A DNA stretch of 64,000 nt from Massalongia carnosa (taxonomy: Eukaryota), in NCBI GenBank assembly GCA_965645245.1, contig OZ287085.1, positions 806,001 to 870,000 on the forward strand, in the 5' to 3' direction. Made by a program: the position numbers and the translations under genes. The notes under the pieces were generated by a model. It ran no database searches. It was not told the origin of the DNA and worked only from the letters and a program-made list of their open reading frames with translations. This document shows positions 22,945 to 35,939 of this stretch, in pieces (position 1 is the stretch's first letter; every line of letters begins with the position of its first letter).

Positions 22945-25900
22945 TTACTCTTTCCATTTTTGCAGTCCCAATTGACCAATGAACAGATTGAAGATGGGCT
23001 TATTTAGAGGCTTGGTTAGGCCGTCGGCAATCATCTCTCCGCTGGGTATGTACTCGACCTGAATTCGATTTCGCTTGTGCAGGTCCCGAATGTGATGATA
23101 GGCAACGTCGATATGCTTAGATCTATCATGAATGTGAGCATCTTTTGCAAGTTGGATAGCGGCTTGATTATCTCCTTTTAACCGCATCGGGGAGTCAGCT
23201 TGATGCTTCAAGTTCTCGCGAATATTGACGTTATGACTGAAATATTTCTCGAAGCCTATGTCTTTCATCAGCTGAACGAGCCATAAGCCCTCCTTAGCAC
23301 AAGTTGATAAGGCCATGTATTCTGCCTATGTTGTAGACGTAGCAACCGATTTTTGCTTTTTGCTCATCCACGATATAGGCCCTCCCCCTAGCATGTACAC
23401 GTATCCCAAGATCGATTTCTCTCGAGCCTATCAGCTGCGTAGTCTGAGTCGGAATACCAAATGAGGCCTTGGCCATGATTCCCCCCAGCCCCATACAGTA
23501 TACCGATATCAATGGTTGACCGAACGTATCTAAGCAGCGTCTTTAGTGCATGACCGTGATGAGCAGCTGGATCACTGAGATATTGGCTTAGCCTTCCAAG
23601 AGCAAAAGCTATATCTGGCCGCGTATGAATTGCCGCGTATATCAGGCTTCCAACAATTTGCTAATATTCTCTTTGATCTATACGCTTATCATCTTTTCCA
23701 GCCGGTCGCAATGAATCATAGCCGTTCATTGGAATTTCGGTAGGCCTATGTTTGTCAGCGCTCATATGTGTTCTCTCCATCACATCTTTGAGATAATGCG
23801 TCTGGTCTACTCGTATTCACCCCCATTTGCAACACACCACCATTTGCAACACGCTAGTTAGTAAGCATCCCACCAAAATCCGAAAAACCTTTACCTTTCA
23901 GCTTCGCATGCTACCCAAATTGCTAGTAATTGCAAGCCAACTGATGAAGTTGGTTCGGAATAATCTGAAGATTTATTGACCTCAAATCTAACCGAATGGC
24001 TGCTTCAAAAGAACTGGAATTGAGTTTTGTATGTACGTTTAAACCTCATCTTTTCACTTCCCCTCCTTTTCCACCCCACTTTCCAGCTGTCTGACAGCAG
24101 CAGACTGTCCTAACAACTTTCCCTTGACCAATCGATGTCCTCTAATCAACGAGGTCTTCCAGTTTGAGCTTTGAAAAAGCGATACTGTTGATCAAGAAGG
24201 CGTTGCTTGTGTTGGATCGGAGGGAGTTTTTTTAGGATGGGTCCTGAAGTCCCATCAACATCATTTGACAGATAAACTCTGGGCAAATGAACATGTGAAA
24301 GGACTGTTTATACGTACAGAGACTTTTTATTGGCTAGGAGGAGGAGGATCATGCGTACGAGGCGAGTTTCTAGTTCTTTAATCAAGCCTTTGCGACGGCT
24401 TTATTGTCCTACCACTTCGACTGATGCGCATTTCTTTCATTCTATTCACCTCCGGCTCAATCATGAAAGTCTTTTTTGGCAATGAAGTTCCTCTCGATCG
24501 CTTCTTGATAGGACTGGGCGAGAGAAATATGATTGAATCCGAAGGCGCAGGAAGCATCGGAGGCCTTTGAAGAGCTTTCTTGATGGGACTGCGTTGTTTT
24601 GACTCCATGAATAAATCGGGACTGAGTTTGTTGAAAGATTTCACCAAAAGATTGAACTCTTTAGTCATTTGTTTATCAATCTTTTCCTTTTCTTTGCTAG
24701 CTAGTTTTTGCTCTCGTTCCTCGAGAACCTCCGAATTCATGATTCTAGCAGTACCATAATGTTCCTTCGCTCGATTTGCTCTCTCGTGTTTACGACGAGC
24801 AGCTACAAGAAGTTCTTCGTTTGTAATCCTGAGAAGATGACTGCTTGCCAATGCGGATTTACAGGCCTTTCCAAGCTTGTCGAGAATCAATTGATTTGAG
24901 TCATTAGCAGTCAATTGCTCCATCAAATTATTGACTTGATCAGCATTTGCTGGAGTAAATGCCACTGAAACAGAGACATCATTTGAACTCGTGACTGTCA
25001 TTTTCGGAGGCGTAGAAGGATGAGGTGGACTAGGAAGTTTTTGAAGAACTATAGCAGGATTGAATGGAAACAACCCACTTTTGGACTAGGCATGCTGAAT
25101 ATTTTGAGTGGATAAAGCTCTGTTTCGAGCCTTTTGATAAAGAAGCAGAAAGTCTGATTTATCAATTGAATAACCAACTCCTAGTCTAGTATGCTTCTCC
25201 AGTTCCACCCGATAGGCCGTAGACAATGGATGAAAAACACCAACGTCTAAAGGCTGAAGCATGTCCGTTGAATGAGAAGGAAGACAGACATAAAAGAATG
25301 ATGTCTTTTTCCTTAAAAAACTGAATCGCTTCTGAAGTAAGATGAGAAGCATGTCCATCGAGAATAAGAAGACGATAGCGACCTTTTAAACGGCTTCGTG
25401 TTTCCGGTTCAAAACACTGCTTTAACCAATCCAGACCGATTTCATTGTTTGTCCATCCATTCTCACTGAGAGCAATGTGACCACCTTCTTTGATAAATGA
25501 ACGCCAGGCCTTTTGCTGTTGTTTACCTTTGAAAATAACCCATGGTTTAAGAACCGCTCCATCAGCAGATACACATTCGATCAGAGAAACCCATTCTCTA
25601 TTACCGCATTGAGTCAATAATGCTATTCGATCATGCTTAGAGCAAATTACTCTGAGCTTGCCCACTAGTCCCATAGCAAATCCTTTTTCATCCATATTAT
25701 AGCAGTCCTCCTCATTGAATTTATATTGATTAAAATTCTTTGCGTACAGCTGAAACCATTGATTGAGCATTTCCGCATTATGCATTAAAGCTCTTTCCTT
25801 GTCCAATGCCTGACAAAACACAGTATCCAACTCTTCATGACGGGATAAAAATTTGCTCACCCAATTGATACCCAAATCATTGCAATCGTCTCGCTTTATC

Positions 25901-28900
25901 AGCATTTCTAACGCCATAAAGCGAAGCTGTGTTACACGAGGAGGCCAGCCCCATGCCTCCATTTGTATTGTCCAGTCCACGAGAGCTGATTCCTCCTCCG
26001 GAAGTAATCGCTGCTGCAATAGAGCAGCTTCTTTATGAGTTTTCGTTTCTGCAAGTCGTCTAGTAAGGGTGGAATGAACGATACCATGTTGACGGGCGAT
26101 TTTTCGAACGGATGGCTTGTCTTTGAAAGCTTTGGGACCGGCTTCCCAGTCATTAAATGACTCTCTATAAGCAGCAATAGCAAGCTGAATGCGCTCCTCT
26201 TTGGGCAGTTCGTCTGCTGATTCATAATGAATTAATAGAAATGTAAAAAATTTGATATACCGGAGTTAACGGATTTTAATGCGGGTGCTTACTAACTAGC
26301 GTGTTGCAAATGGGGGTGTGTTGCAAATGGGGGTGAATACGAGTATTCGAAGAGTTCGATTTTTCCGATCTCTGGTTACTCGTATGCCCAGAACCTTCGA
26401 CACTTCTCCTAGGTCCTTGATGCTGACGGCAGCATTGAACTCTTTCTTGAACCAATTAATCTCTTTCATCATTTTGGAGGCGATCACCAGGTCATCTACG
26501 TGCATGAATATGATGATTCCCTTTTTAGGATGAGTAAATAGGCATGGGTAAGATGAGCATTGAATAAAGCCTAGTTTGGTCAGCTCATTTGTACAGCGGC
26601 TATTCCATTCTCTGGCGGACTGCTTTAAACCGTACAGACTTTGCAGAATCTGAAGAACTCTACCAGGGGCAACGTTTACTCCTTCTGGTGCGGTCATGTA
26701 AATGACATCTTTCAAGGTTGATTGGGTAAATGCGTTATTCACGTCCACTTGATGACATTCCAGGTTTTCCATCGCTACTATGGCAAGCACTGCACGTAGG
26801 GTATCTGATCTTACCGTGGGGGCGAAAGTGTCCTCATAGTCCATACCGTATTTTTGAGTAAACCCAAGGGCGACTAATCTTGCTTTAAACTTCTCCAATG
26901 AACCATCGAGGTTGGTTTTTACTTTAAACACCCATATGCAGATGACGATGTTCGTTTTGGGAGGTGGAACAACTTCTTTCCAAGTCTTATTACCGATGAG
27001 CGCCTTAATATCGGTGTTTACTGCTTCTTTCCATAGTTCCCCCCACACCGGATCATTTACTGCTTCCTTGTAAGACTTAGGCTCGGGTATGTTTCTTTCA
27101 AATAAAGAAGCACCAGCCGATAGGGCAGATTCGAATTTGAGATAGCCATCTTCATCCTCGTTATTATCGTCGGCGAACAGCGCTAGAAAAGCGCGCGGTA
27201 TTTTGAAAGCCGGTTCTTCGGGAACTGAGTCTTCATCAGATCGCTTTCGCTTCGGGATTGCAACATGAGAGAATATGCTAGTGCTAGCCTTAGGCACAGC
27301 TGCGGCTGGGATTAAATCATTCGCTATGGGCGACTCTTCGGAAGTTGGGATTGGTGGTACGTTTTGAGTGATATCATCTTTCGGGTTTGGTTGGTCATGA
27401 GTTTGATTCTGTTGACTAGGAACTTCCACGTGCGAAAATCTTTCTACTAATTTGGCGGGTTCGCTGATTTTCGTTTCTTTTGTCTTTTGTGGTCTTCCTA
27501 CTGGCCGTCTTTCTGGTAGCATGTTGGGTGTCTGCTTCCGCAAGTTTAAATCAATGCTGCCACCTTTTAAATTTTCATCAAATTTTACGACATGGCTTCC
27601 GATGATTTTTCCCATGTCGGGTGCCCAGAGACGATACTGTTTAGTGGTCTCTTCTACATATCCCATAAAGACTCCGATTCTGCCTCTGTCCATGAACTTG
27701 TCTCTTCTGTCCCCCGCGGGTAGCGATTTGGGATCGACGTACGAATAGCATTTGCATCCCCATACCCTAATGTGATCAATGGATGGCTTGACGCCCGTGA
27801 AGGCTTCTTCCGGTATGCTAGCATAGCCGTCGATGATCGGTCCGCATCCCGTGCGATTCCGAAGATATGCATCAGTTTCCATGGCTTCCTTCCAGAATTC
27901 GATTGGGAGTTCTGCGTCCTTTATCATGGCTCGCACCGAGTTCTCGGTGGTACGAATTGCTCGCTCGGCGACTCCGTTCTGAATAGAAATATGAGGAACG
28001 GTATATTGCGGAATAATACCGATTGAGGAGCACCATTCATCAAGAGCAGACTTCAGCTCGGTGGCATTGTCACTCCGTACAGCCAATAGTCTTTGTGCAC
28101 TTTGTAATTCGACTTTTATTCTCCATTTTCGCAATTCACCTGGTGCTTCGTCTCGCCTTTTGAGTGGAATGGACCATATCTTTCTAGAATAGTTGTCCAC
28201 AATTTCCAAAAAGTATGTGTATTCTTCTCGAGAGGCAGGCAAAGGACCGCAGATATCGATGGAGACCAGAGCCAGAAGAGAGGTTTTTCGCTCGGTCGCT
28301 TTGCCTCTTTTATTGGTGAGCTTAGTGAGCGCGCATACCTCGCAAATCTGATCCTCTTCTTTGCTGACCGGAATAGGTTTTTCTAGGGTGGTGACCTTAT
28401 GCAGGTTACGAAGCTTTTCTCGGCCTAGGTGAGCGAATCTTCGATGCCATAGCCTGTACGTTTCAGAGTGTTTGTCCGTCTTGGTTGGGTTAAGTGCGGG
28501 TGTTGACTCAATCTCGATTTCCTTATTGTTATGTGTTGTTGGACATGTTAAACCCGCGCCGCGCGGCTTTAACGCCTCTGATGATGACGAGAGTGATGCA
28601 ATATCAACTTTGCTTGGAAAGGCAATGTCATGATGCATGGACGCGGTTAATGCGAATTCATCGAGATCCTTTGCTATTTTCTCGACGATATATACTCCCC
28701 CTCGCTGCCGTGCCTCCATGATCTCCTTGCCTTGCTTGTCATGCATCTTCAGCCCGTGCTGATCGAAACTTCTGATGAGGCCCTTCTCGCACATCCGCCT
28801 TCCAGACAAGAGATTAACCCTTAGCTTGGGGACATAAATGACAGAAGAAAGAAATCCCTGATTTCCGTGCCCATCCTTGATCACGCACGTACCGCGATGA

Positions 28901-30119
28901 CATGCTCTCAATTCTCCCCCGTCGACCTTTATTCTTCTTTCTCTGATCTTTGTCAGAGGTCCGTTAAAGAGCTGAAGCTTGTCAGTCATGTGGGATGATG
29001 CGCCAGAGTCAGCTACCCATTTTGATCTGGGAATCTTACAGACTGCTTCTCTGGAGAGGGCCGCAGTTTCCTCGAGATTATCTAGATCATCGTCATTGTC
29101 GCCTGATGAGAAGCTATCGTTCTCGTCCTCTTCTTCTGACTCGCCAGCGAGATAGCTCCGATGGCGCTTGACGGATGATTTGCCTTTATTGACCTCTTTC
29201 TTCTTCTTCGCGAGGCTCCTGACGTGGCTGCGAGTGCTTTCCAAGAAACTCCTTGGTCCAGTGGCCGACTTCTCCACAGATTAAGCATCCCTTTTGCGAG
29301 TTGTCCTTGATTTCCGTTTCTCTCTTTGCACTTGAGGACCTTTCGTGCCGTCTGGATCGCTCCTGCCTGGAGTTGTTGAATGCTTCGACTTCTGGATGGG
29401 TTGAGAGGCCGTCGCTACTCTCTTCGCTGTTCTTTCTGCTTTGCGAGCAAGGCTAAATCTGCTTTCGCCTGTGTTAGCTGCATTTCTTTGTCTTCCAACC
29501 TTTTTATGCCAATTTCGGCATCTACTCCCCCAATTGCATCAATTCCGTCCCTAATGACCGCATACTCGGCTGGGAGAGATTGCAAGAGTAATTGGAATAG
29601 TTGCCGAGTGGGAAATGCGTCTCGAAGTGTGGGTGTGGCCATGACGACCTTGTCTCTCAACAACAAAAGTTCCCCCCATGCCTCCTGAACGGTGGTGTTC
29701 TCTTTCATTTTATATGACACCAGCTCTTGAAGGTATTGCCTTCCTGAAGTTGGAAGGATGTTGTTGTACTTCTCCGCCGCTGTCTTCATCATTCTTACGC
29801 GTTCTTGATCGAATTGGCTTAAGCAGATGGTTATAAGATAGCATGCTTTAGCGTTGTCCTTTCTCCATCTTTCCGAATCGATAATTGGGGTTTCCGGGGT
29901 GAGGGGTGTGTCTGATTTATCTATACCTTTTCCATCAAGGCTTAATTTGTCCATTCGCTGCTGAAGGTACGAGGAATTGGGCTGTGGCTCGCTTATTGTA
30001 TGAAAGATGCCTTCCGCTTCGAAATGCATTTCGGCCAGCTCGAACCATCTTTGATAGTTCTCCCTTGTCAGAACGGGCAAGGGTCTTCTTTTCGCTAGAT
30101 CGTCTGCGATTGTTGTCAT
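22945..30119 (-). pseudogene. pol: Copia-1 gag-pol (gag, PR, IN, RT, RNase H), disrupted
   Basis: WVADSGAS; LWHRRFAH..CEVC; SDNATE; NGVAER; FKARLVA; SLYGLKQS; HVDD; KGDNQAAI..KHIDV..ADGLTK. Confidence 0.93.
23810..26343 (-). mobile_element. Fot1/pogo-like transposon in the Copia-1 RT; frameshifted transposase at 24378-26225
   Basis: TIR of about 59 bp starting CTCGTATTCACCCCCATTTGCAACAC; TA on both sides; removal restores TLRIDQTHYL. Motifs YNMDEKG, LILDGHASH, QPLDVG. Confidence 0.93.
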
Positions 30120-30157
30120 TTTTGATATTTGATTGTGCTTGTTGGATCCGTCGTATC

Positions 30158-30345
30158 AAGCTGCCGGGAGTGCTGGTTTATCCTGCCACAGGAATCGTAA
30201 GGAGCTGCCGAGGTGCTGGTTTATCCTACCATAGGAATCGTAAGGAGCTGCAGAGGTGCTGGTTTATCCTACCATAGGAATCGTAAGGAGCTGCCGAGGT
30301 GCTGATTCTTCCTACCTAAAAGAATCGTAGTCGAGCTGCCGAGAT
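30158..30345. repeat. 43-bp tandem repeat (about 4 copies) in the Copia-1 leader
   Basis: GAGCTGCCGAGGTGCTGGTTTATCCTACCATAGGAATCGTAAG units between the PBS and the gag ATG. Confidence 0.9.
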
Positions 30346-30453
30346 AGCAATTTGCGAAGAGTTATATCCTTTTCTGATGTTCGGAAGCTTGTTGCTGACC
30401 GTGCTCATAACCAGTTAAAAGGAGACTCTGGTTGGAGGTGATCGCATTGACTA

Positions 30454-32361
30454 ATCGTGCCACGCCTCACCCCCTAGCGGGGGTGCTGGCCACCCAAATG
30501 ACGTACACCACCCATATGACGTTTTTTTCGATTTTTGACTTCAACTATTTCAACGATCACCATTCAACAACACAATGCCTACCAATTATGAAGAATTGGA
30601 GCATCATATTCAGGATGCCCTGGATGCTATTGGCGATGGCGAATACCGCTTTGCAACCGATGCTGCCGTCGCATTCAACGTCAAAGTCAGAACTCTTCAG
30701 AGACGCATTGCTGGAAGCCATACTTCCTTCTTTGAACGTGAGCCTCATGGTCATGCTCTAACTGACGATCAAAGAGGTGCAATAGTCATATATTTGACAA
30801 GACTGGATAAACTATCGATTTCTGCGCGCATCAGGCATCTGCGGGGTGCAGCAAATTACCTTCTTGCTCAGGCGAATCCTGTCGATCCTCCCCGAGTCGG
30901 ACAGCACTGGCCAGCACGATTTCTAGCTCAGCACCCTCAATTTCATAGGAGGAAGCAGACACCTCTTGCAGTCGAAAGGAAGACTTCCCTTACAAACGAT
31001 GTTGCAAAGGCTTACTTCCATGAATTTCGTCAAATTTGTCACGAGAAGGGGATCGGACCCGAAGATATTTGGAACATGGACGAGTCAGGCTTTCGGATAG
31101 GCGTTGGCAGGGGTCATACTGTCATCACATTGCTTGCCAAAGGTCCTGTTCGTGTTACTGATCCGGGTGTACGTGATCTGATCAGTGACGTTGAAAGTAT
31201 TAGTGGTGGAGGAGCGACGATCCCTCCGATGCTCATCGTGCCCGGAGTTTATATTCTAAATAAATGGATGCAAGAAAACGACCTCGACGACGATATACTG
31301 CTTGCTACTACTTCCTCTGGGTATTCCGATGATGTTAAGGCTTATGAGTGGATACAGCACTTTGAAAAACATAGTCGGAAGACTCAGGTAGGTGGCTGGA
31401 GACTCCTTATCATGGACAATTATGGATCTCATCTTACATACGAATTTATTGAGTACTGCAATCACAAGAATATCATCTTGTTCGGTCTTCCCCCGCATTC
31501 TACACATGTTACTCAGCCATTGGATGTGGGAATATTTCAGCCCATGAAGCACTATCATTCCGATGTAATTGACGATGCTGTTCGACTCGGGAGCGATAAT
31601 TTCAACAAACAAGACTTTTTTGCCGCTTTCACAGACATGCGAGCAAAGGCCTTTACTAGATCAAATATTCTATCGGCCTTCGAACACACTGGTCTAATTC
31701 CTTACTCACCCAAGATAGTGCTAGATAAAATAAGTGGCTGGCAACCCCCTTCAAAGGAGCCAACTCCGGACCCTTTCGGCTCGTCACCATCCTTTCAAGG
31801 CACTCCACATGGTCCTAAGCAGTTGTTTAGACGCGGAAGCGAGTTACAAAGAGGTCTAGAAGACTTTTATCTGCCCGAGGATCGTCGTAAAAAGATGGAT
31901 CAATATTTAAAGGGGTCGCTCGAAGCTGCGAATTCGCTAGCGTTGGCGGAGCGAGACATTGCAGCCACTCAAAATCATCACAAACAACGCTCAAAAAGAG
32001 AAGCACTAGATGGATCGCTTGCTCAAAAGGGCGGTGTTATAACTGTGGGCGACGCAAGAGGAAAAATTAAGGCCTGGAGGATAGAGAAAGTGGCTAAGCA
32101 TAATAGAGCGAAGGAGCGGCAAGAGAGGATCGATGCAAATGCACGAAATAAGTGGAATAAACAGTGCGCCAAAGGCTTCAAATTGATAGGTAAGAAAGCT
32201 GATCAGTGGATCAACACCAGGATAGAGTTATTAGACATAGAATATGAGGATGGGGCTACCTTTGAGGAGGTAATACAACTTTTTAATTAAAAACGTCATA
32301 TGGGTGGTGTACGTCATTTGGGTGGCCAGCACCCCCGCTAGGGGGTGAGGCGTGGCACGAT
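30454..32361 (+). mobile_element. Intact Fot1/pogo-like transposon in the Copia-1 5' LTR
   Basis: Perfect 73-bp TIRs (30454-30526 and 32289-32361). The TA duplication is confirmed by the empty site GACTATATGG in the other LTR. Confidence 0.97.
30575..32290 (+). CDS. pogo/Fot1 transposase (DD35D), 571 aa
   Basis: Uninterrupted ORF with HTH domains, WNMDESG, LIMDNYGSH and QPLDVG. Confidence 0.95.
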   Translation: MPTNYEELEHHIQDALDAIGDGEYRFATDAAVAFNVKVRTLQRRIAGSHTSFFEREPHGHALTDDQRGAIVIYLTRLDKLSISARIRHLRGAANYLLAQANPVDPPRVGQHWPARFLAQHPQFHRRKQTPLAVERKTSLTNDVAKAYFHEFRQICHEKGIGPEDIWNMDESGFRIGVGRGHTVITLLAKGPVRVTDPGVRDLISDVESISGGGATIPPMLIVPGVYILNKWMQENDLDDDILLATTSSGYSDDVKAYEWIQHFEKHSRKTQVGGWRLLIMDNYGSHLTYEFIEYCNHKNIILFGLPPHSTHVTQPLDVGIFQPMKHYHSDVIDDAVRLGSDNFNKQDFFAAFTDMRAKAFTRSNILSAFEHTGLIPYSPKIVLDKISGWQPPSKEPTPDPFGSSPSFQGTPHGPKQLFRRGSELQRGLEDFYLPEDRRKKMDQYLKGSLEAANSLALAERDIAATQNHHKQRSKREALDGSLAQKGGVITVGDARGKIKAWRIEKVAKHNRAKERQERIDANARNKWNKQCAKGFKLIGKKADQWINTRIELLDIEYEDGATFEEVIQLFN

Positions 32362-34166
32362 TATATGGCTATCTAGAAGGAAAAGAGCAGACTTTTTACC
32401 AAAGGGCAAAGCACGCTAAACCTAAAACCTTCCTAGAGAAGATTAGATTACCAACTATCCATGTTATGAGGCAGTGAGCCCAACAAGCCATTATAACCAT
32501 AATCGCAACCACCATTCAACAATTCGCATGAAAAAAGATTAAGCCAAATAGTAAGTAAATAAAAAGCAGTAGTGAATTAGATTTTTTCATTCGAAACATC
32601 TCAAGTCTGAGATGGCACTTTCTCGTCTATATAGTACTGAATTACCGTTTAATGCGGAAAGGACGTCGTGCGGATAGGACCAAAAATTCTCCTCTTGCCT
32701 CGACCGTATTACATCGTTTTACTTCGATAAAACTTAGTAAACCAATCGATCCTATTGATATCAATCCGTATCGCGAAAACTACGTTCTTTTACGTTGGTT
32801 GTAGGCCGCGAGAGATAGTCGTTGTTCGCGTTTTTCATGTTTTGATGTTTCGGAAAACCACGCTAAATCCGTCCGATCAATGAACCTGCGAAGACCTTTG
32901 ATTTAGTTTAACGTAGTCTTAATTGGATTTACGATAATCTTTACACCAAAGCGTTATTTTATTTCGTGTCTGTATGTATTCATTTACAATTATCTGATCT
33001 AATCACAACAACAGCAACGACTACCGCTATTTCTTTGCAGCCTAGCTCTTCTCCGCAAGAAATCGTTTCTCGACTTCCCATTCCGCTGTGGAAGGATAAA
33101 CTGGGTTGTGTGCGTGGTCCACTACTGCTAGGAGTGCAAGAGAACAAATAAACTAGAGAAGAACAGGACAATAGAATATAAACAATAGCTAGACTGGTCA
33201 CTGTATGCCTCGTGCCTCGTGCCTGTGAACTATATGTGTTGATGCTATATGTTGTGTAGCTATTGCTACGAGCATGCTTGCTCCATGTCTAAAAGGAAAA
33301 AAACTATCTATAACTAAAAGAAAGACTGTCACCTAACTTCCCCGCTACCTTTACCGAGTACCAGCAGAAAAGAACCAATTCCCGAACCGCTAGCAATTTG
33401 AATTTTAAGCATCACCGCTCCACCCCCCTATACCGTTTTGACAATCGTATTCTCCCCGTAGGCCGCAAAATAAAGTGAATTCTTCGGAAAATCCTCCCGC
33501 AAAACGCGTTCGTCTTATCTTACGACTACCGAAACGTTCCGTTCGTCTTTTCTTGCGTCCGCCTGCTTCTCCAAGAAGTTCGATTGTATCTCCGTTCAGT
33601 TCTCCGTCTTTGCAGAGTTCGCCTGACAGTTCAATGACGAATTCCGTTTCTACCGTATCGTCAGCTTTCCACTCGCCAAGCCCGACAAATCGAAATGATT
33701 TGAAGTTGGAAAATCCGAATATTTGGGAAGAAATGCTGCTCAACGAAGCAGAAGCGGGTCAGAACCATCCCGACCAAGCTCGCGGTTCTGTAAGGTCGAG
33801 TATCAGACGTATTTCTCTATCTATTGCGAGTTCCAGACCTGTTTCTACACCTTTTAATCATCGTGAGTCACGAGGAAATCGTCGAACACGTCGTTTCGAG
33901 CGTACTGTTGCAGCCCGTGACTATGCGGCTGCAATTCGTGACTTTCCTGCCGCATTTAAAAGTCAGTATACTTTGGAACCCGCGATACAACAAGTTCAAC
34001 TTATGACAAATCATTGCAGGCACTGTGGTGCGTGACATTGGGAAAAGGAAGCAGTTCAGAGTGACAGAAGACGAGATCGAGTATACGAATCCTGTTGCAA
34101 GCGAGGTGATATCGTGTTGCCACCGTTTCAGCCTCCTCCTGATTATTTACGGCAACTGTTAATTGG

Positions 34167-34614
34167 TGTCATGAAATCGAACCAACCCGATCCAGAATCA
34201 ATCCAGCAGATGAATCTGACTAAGCTCCCGTTCCTCTATTCAGCTTAGTCAGAATCTCATTAACTAAATCGAGTTTAGACCCCTCTCAACGGCTTCAGGT
34301 CAAAGCTGTACCATCACCATCAAAGCGTACCAACGACAGGAGAACCTCATCTCCACCTTTTATAGTCAAACACCTCGTCAAACCTTCGTGCCGTACGTCT
34401 CCTAATAGGGGGAGATGAACACTGATCGAATCTTCATGCAAAGGGGTTCGAGACAAATATAAAAGGAAGGACAAGTTAATTAGATTGTTGACTCCTTGTC
34501 CGACGTCTTGTATAGCAATCCATCACCTAGCTATAGCCTTATTAATAAAGACATCTTAATCACCCAATCCAATTCCTAGGAACATTAGTTCAATCCCCTG
34601 CCCAGTCCTTGACA
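34167..34614. mobile_element. Solo LTR (448 bp)
   Basis: TGTCA...TGACA with TSD ATTGG; removal restores the Helitron frame LLIGNDIR. Confidence 0.92.
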
Positions 34615-35939
34615 ATTGGTAACGATATTAGAACCCGTATATTTCGCAAAAACCTCCGAAAATATAATTCCGCGTTGACGTTCACCTCAGTAAACTACAA
34701 ACCCAATCGCCAACTTCCTCGCAACGGTCGTGGACCGGTGTGTTTTCAAATTCACGGAGAATTGTATTACCTGCAAGGTCCTTTGGATACCGTTGACGAT
34801 TCCCCTCGCTTTGCTCAACTGTTTTTTTACGATCCCGACGAAGCAACCGCGATTCTTACTCGACAACATACAGAATTGGATCCCGATATTGTACGACGTT
34901 AAACAGAGATGCTGCACAATATGAATCCGTTTCTCATGCTTTACAAAACCGCCAGCGAGGCTTTACGGGAGAATGTGGCCACAACCGATAATCGTCGTGT
35001 TACGGATCCTACGGCCTTATGGATTCGATACGCAAATGATATATGTGACAATTTACCGCATCGCTTACGATCAATAACTGATGATCCCGACGATTTAATG
35101 AGTCCGCATTTAGATTACGCCCTTTGTTTGTTAAACGGAGTTCTTTCGGATTTAGGAAAACGATTAGATGATTATAATATGCCGCTGTTTACATACGATT
35201 GAGGTCGGAGTACTGGAAATCCGTTGATCGCATATGAAATGACTTACGATTTCAACGAAGAAACGACGTTACTAAATAAACGATATACTCAATTAAACGC
35301 AGACCAAAAATACTATTTTGATATCATAACTGCGGGAGTTAGACACTATCCTAGAACGGCGCATTTTTTTATTCACGGACCTGCAGGAACAGGTAAGACT
35401 TTTTTGTATAAGACTCTTTGCAATATTTTCGGGCGGAAAATAAAATCGTTCTTTGTATAGCGTCTTCCGGCATTGCGGCATTATTTCTTCTTGGCGGACA
35501 AACTTTAAATTCCCGTTTTAAAATTCCTTTGATTTTAAATTAGGACAGCATGTGTAATATTACCCGCAACACGTATTTACACGGTCTTTTATAATGCACA
35601 GCAATAATCATTTGGGTTGAGTTGCCGATGCAACAAAAACAATTTTCATGGCCGTAAATCGCACTTTTACGGATCTTTTAGACAACGACGATCTTTTCGG
35701 AGGTATTCCGATGGTGTTAGGCGGAGATTTCGCTCAAATCTTGCCCGTTGTTCCCCGTGGAAATCGGGAAGCTATCGTTGCGGCGAACATTTAAAAGCCC
35801 TTTCTGTAGCCGCGATTTCAAAAACTGTTTTTGCGTCAAAACATGCGAATTCGTAACGGAGTCGCCAATGAGGCGTTTGCGGACTGGATCGGGAAAATGT
35901 CTTATGATCCTGCTTTTTACGGTCGTGTTCAGCTTCAAT

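Larger units (their letters stand above)
22722..32521 (-). mobile_element. Full-length Ty1/Copia LTR retrotransposon (Copia-1) with two pogo insertions
   Basis: LTRs at 22722-22920 and 30413-32521 (the latter split by a pogo); TSD ATTCG at 22717-22721 and 32522-32526; PBS GGTTATGAGC on the minus strand (30403-30412); PPT at 22921-22930. Confidence 0.95.
21333..32625 (+). mobile_element. Non-autonomous Helitron A (about 1.5 kb net), host of Copia-1
   Basis: Starts A|TCTATATAGTACTGAA, as does 32626. It ends with TCTGAGATGGCACTTTCTCG, which matches the 3' hairpin region at 38286-38305. Confidence 0.7.

Noticed and set aside
30158..30345. CRISPR-like appearance of short repeat arrays (also 47087 and 63549)
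   Set aside because: No unique spacers, no cas genes, and a eukaryotic TE context.
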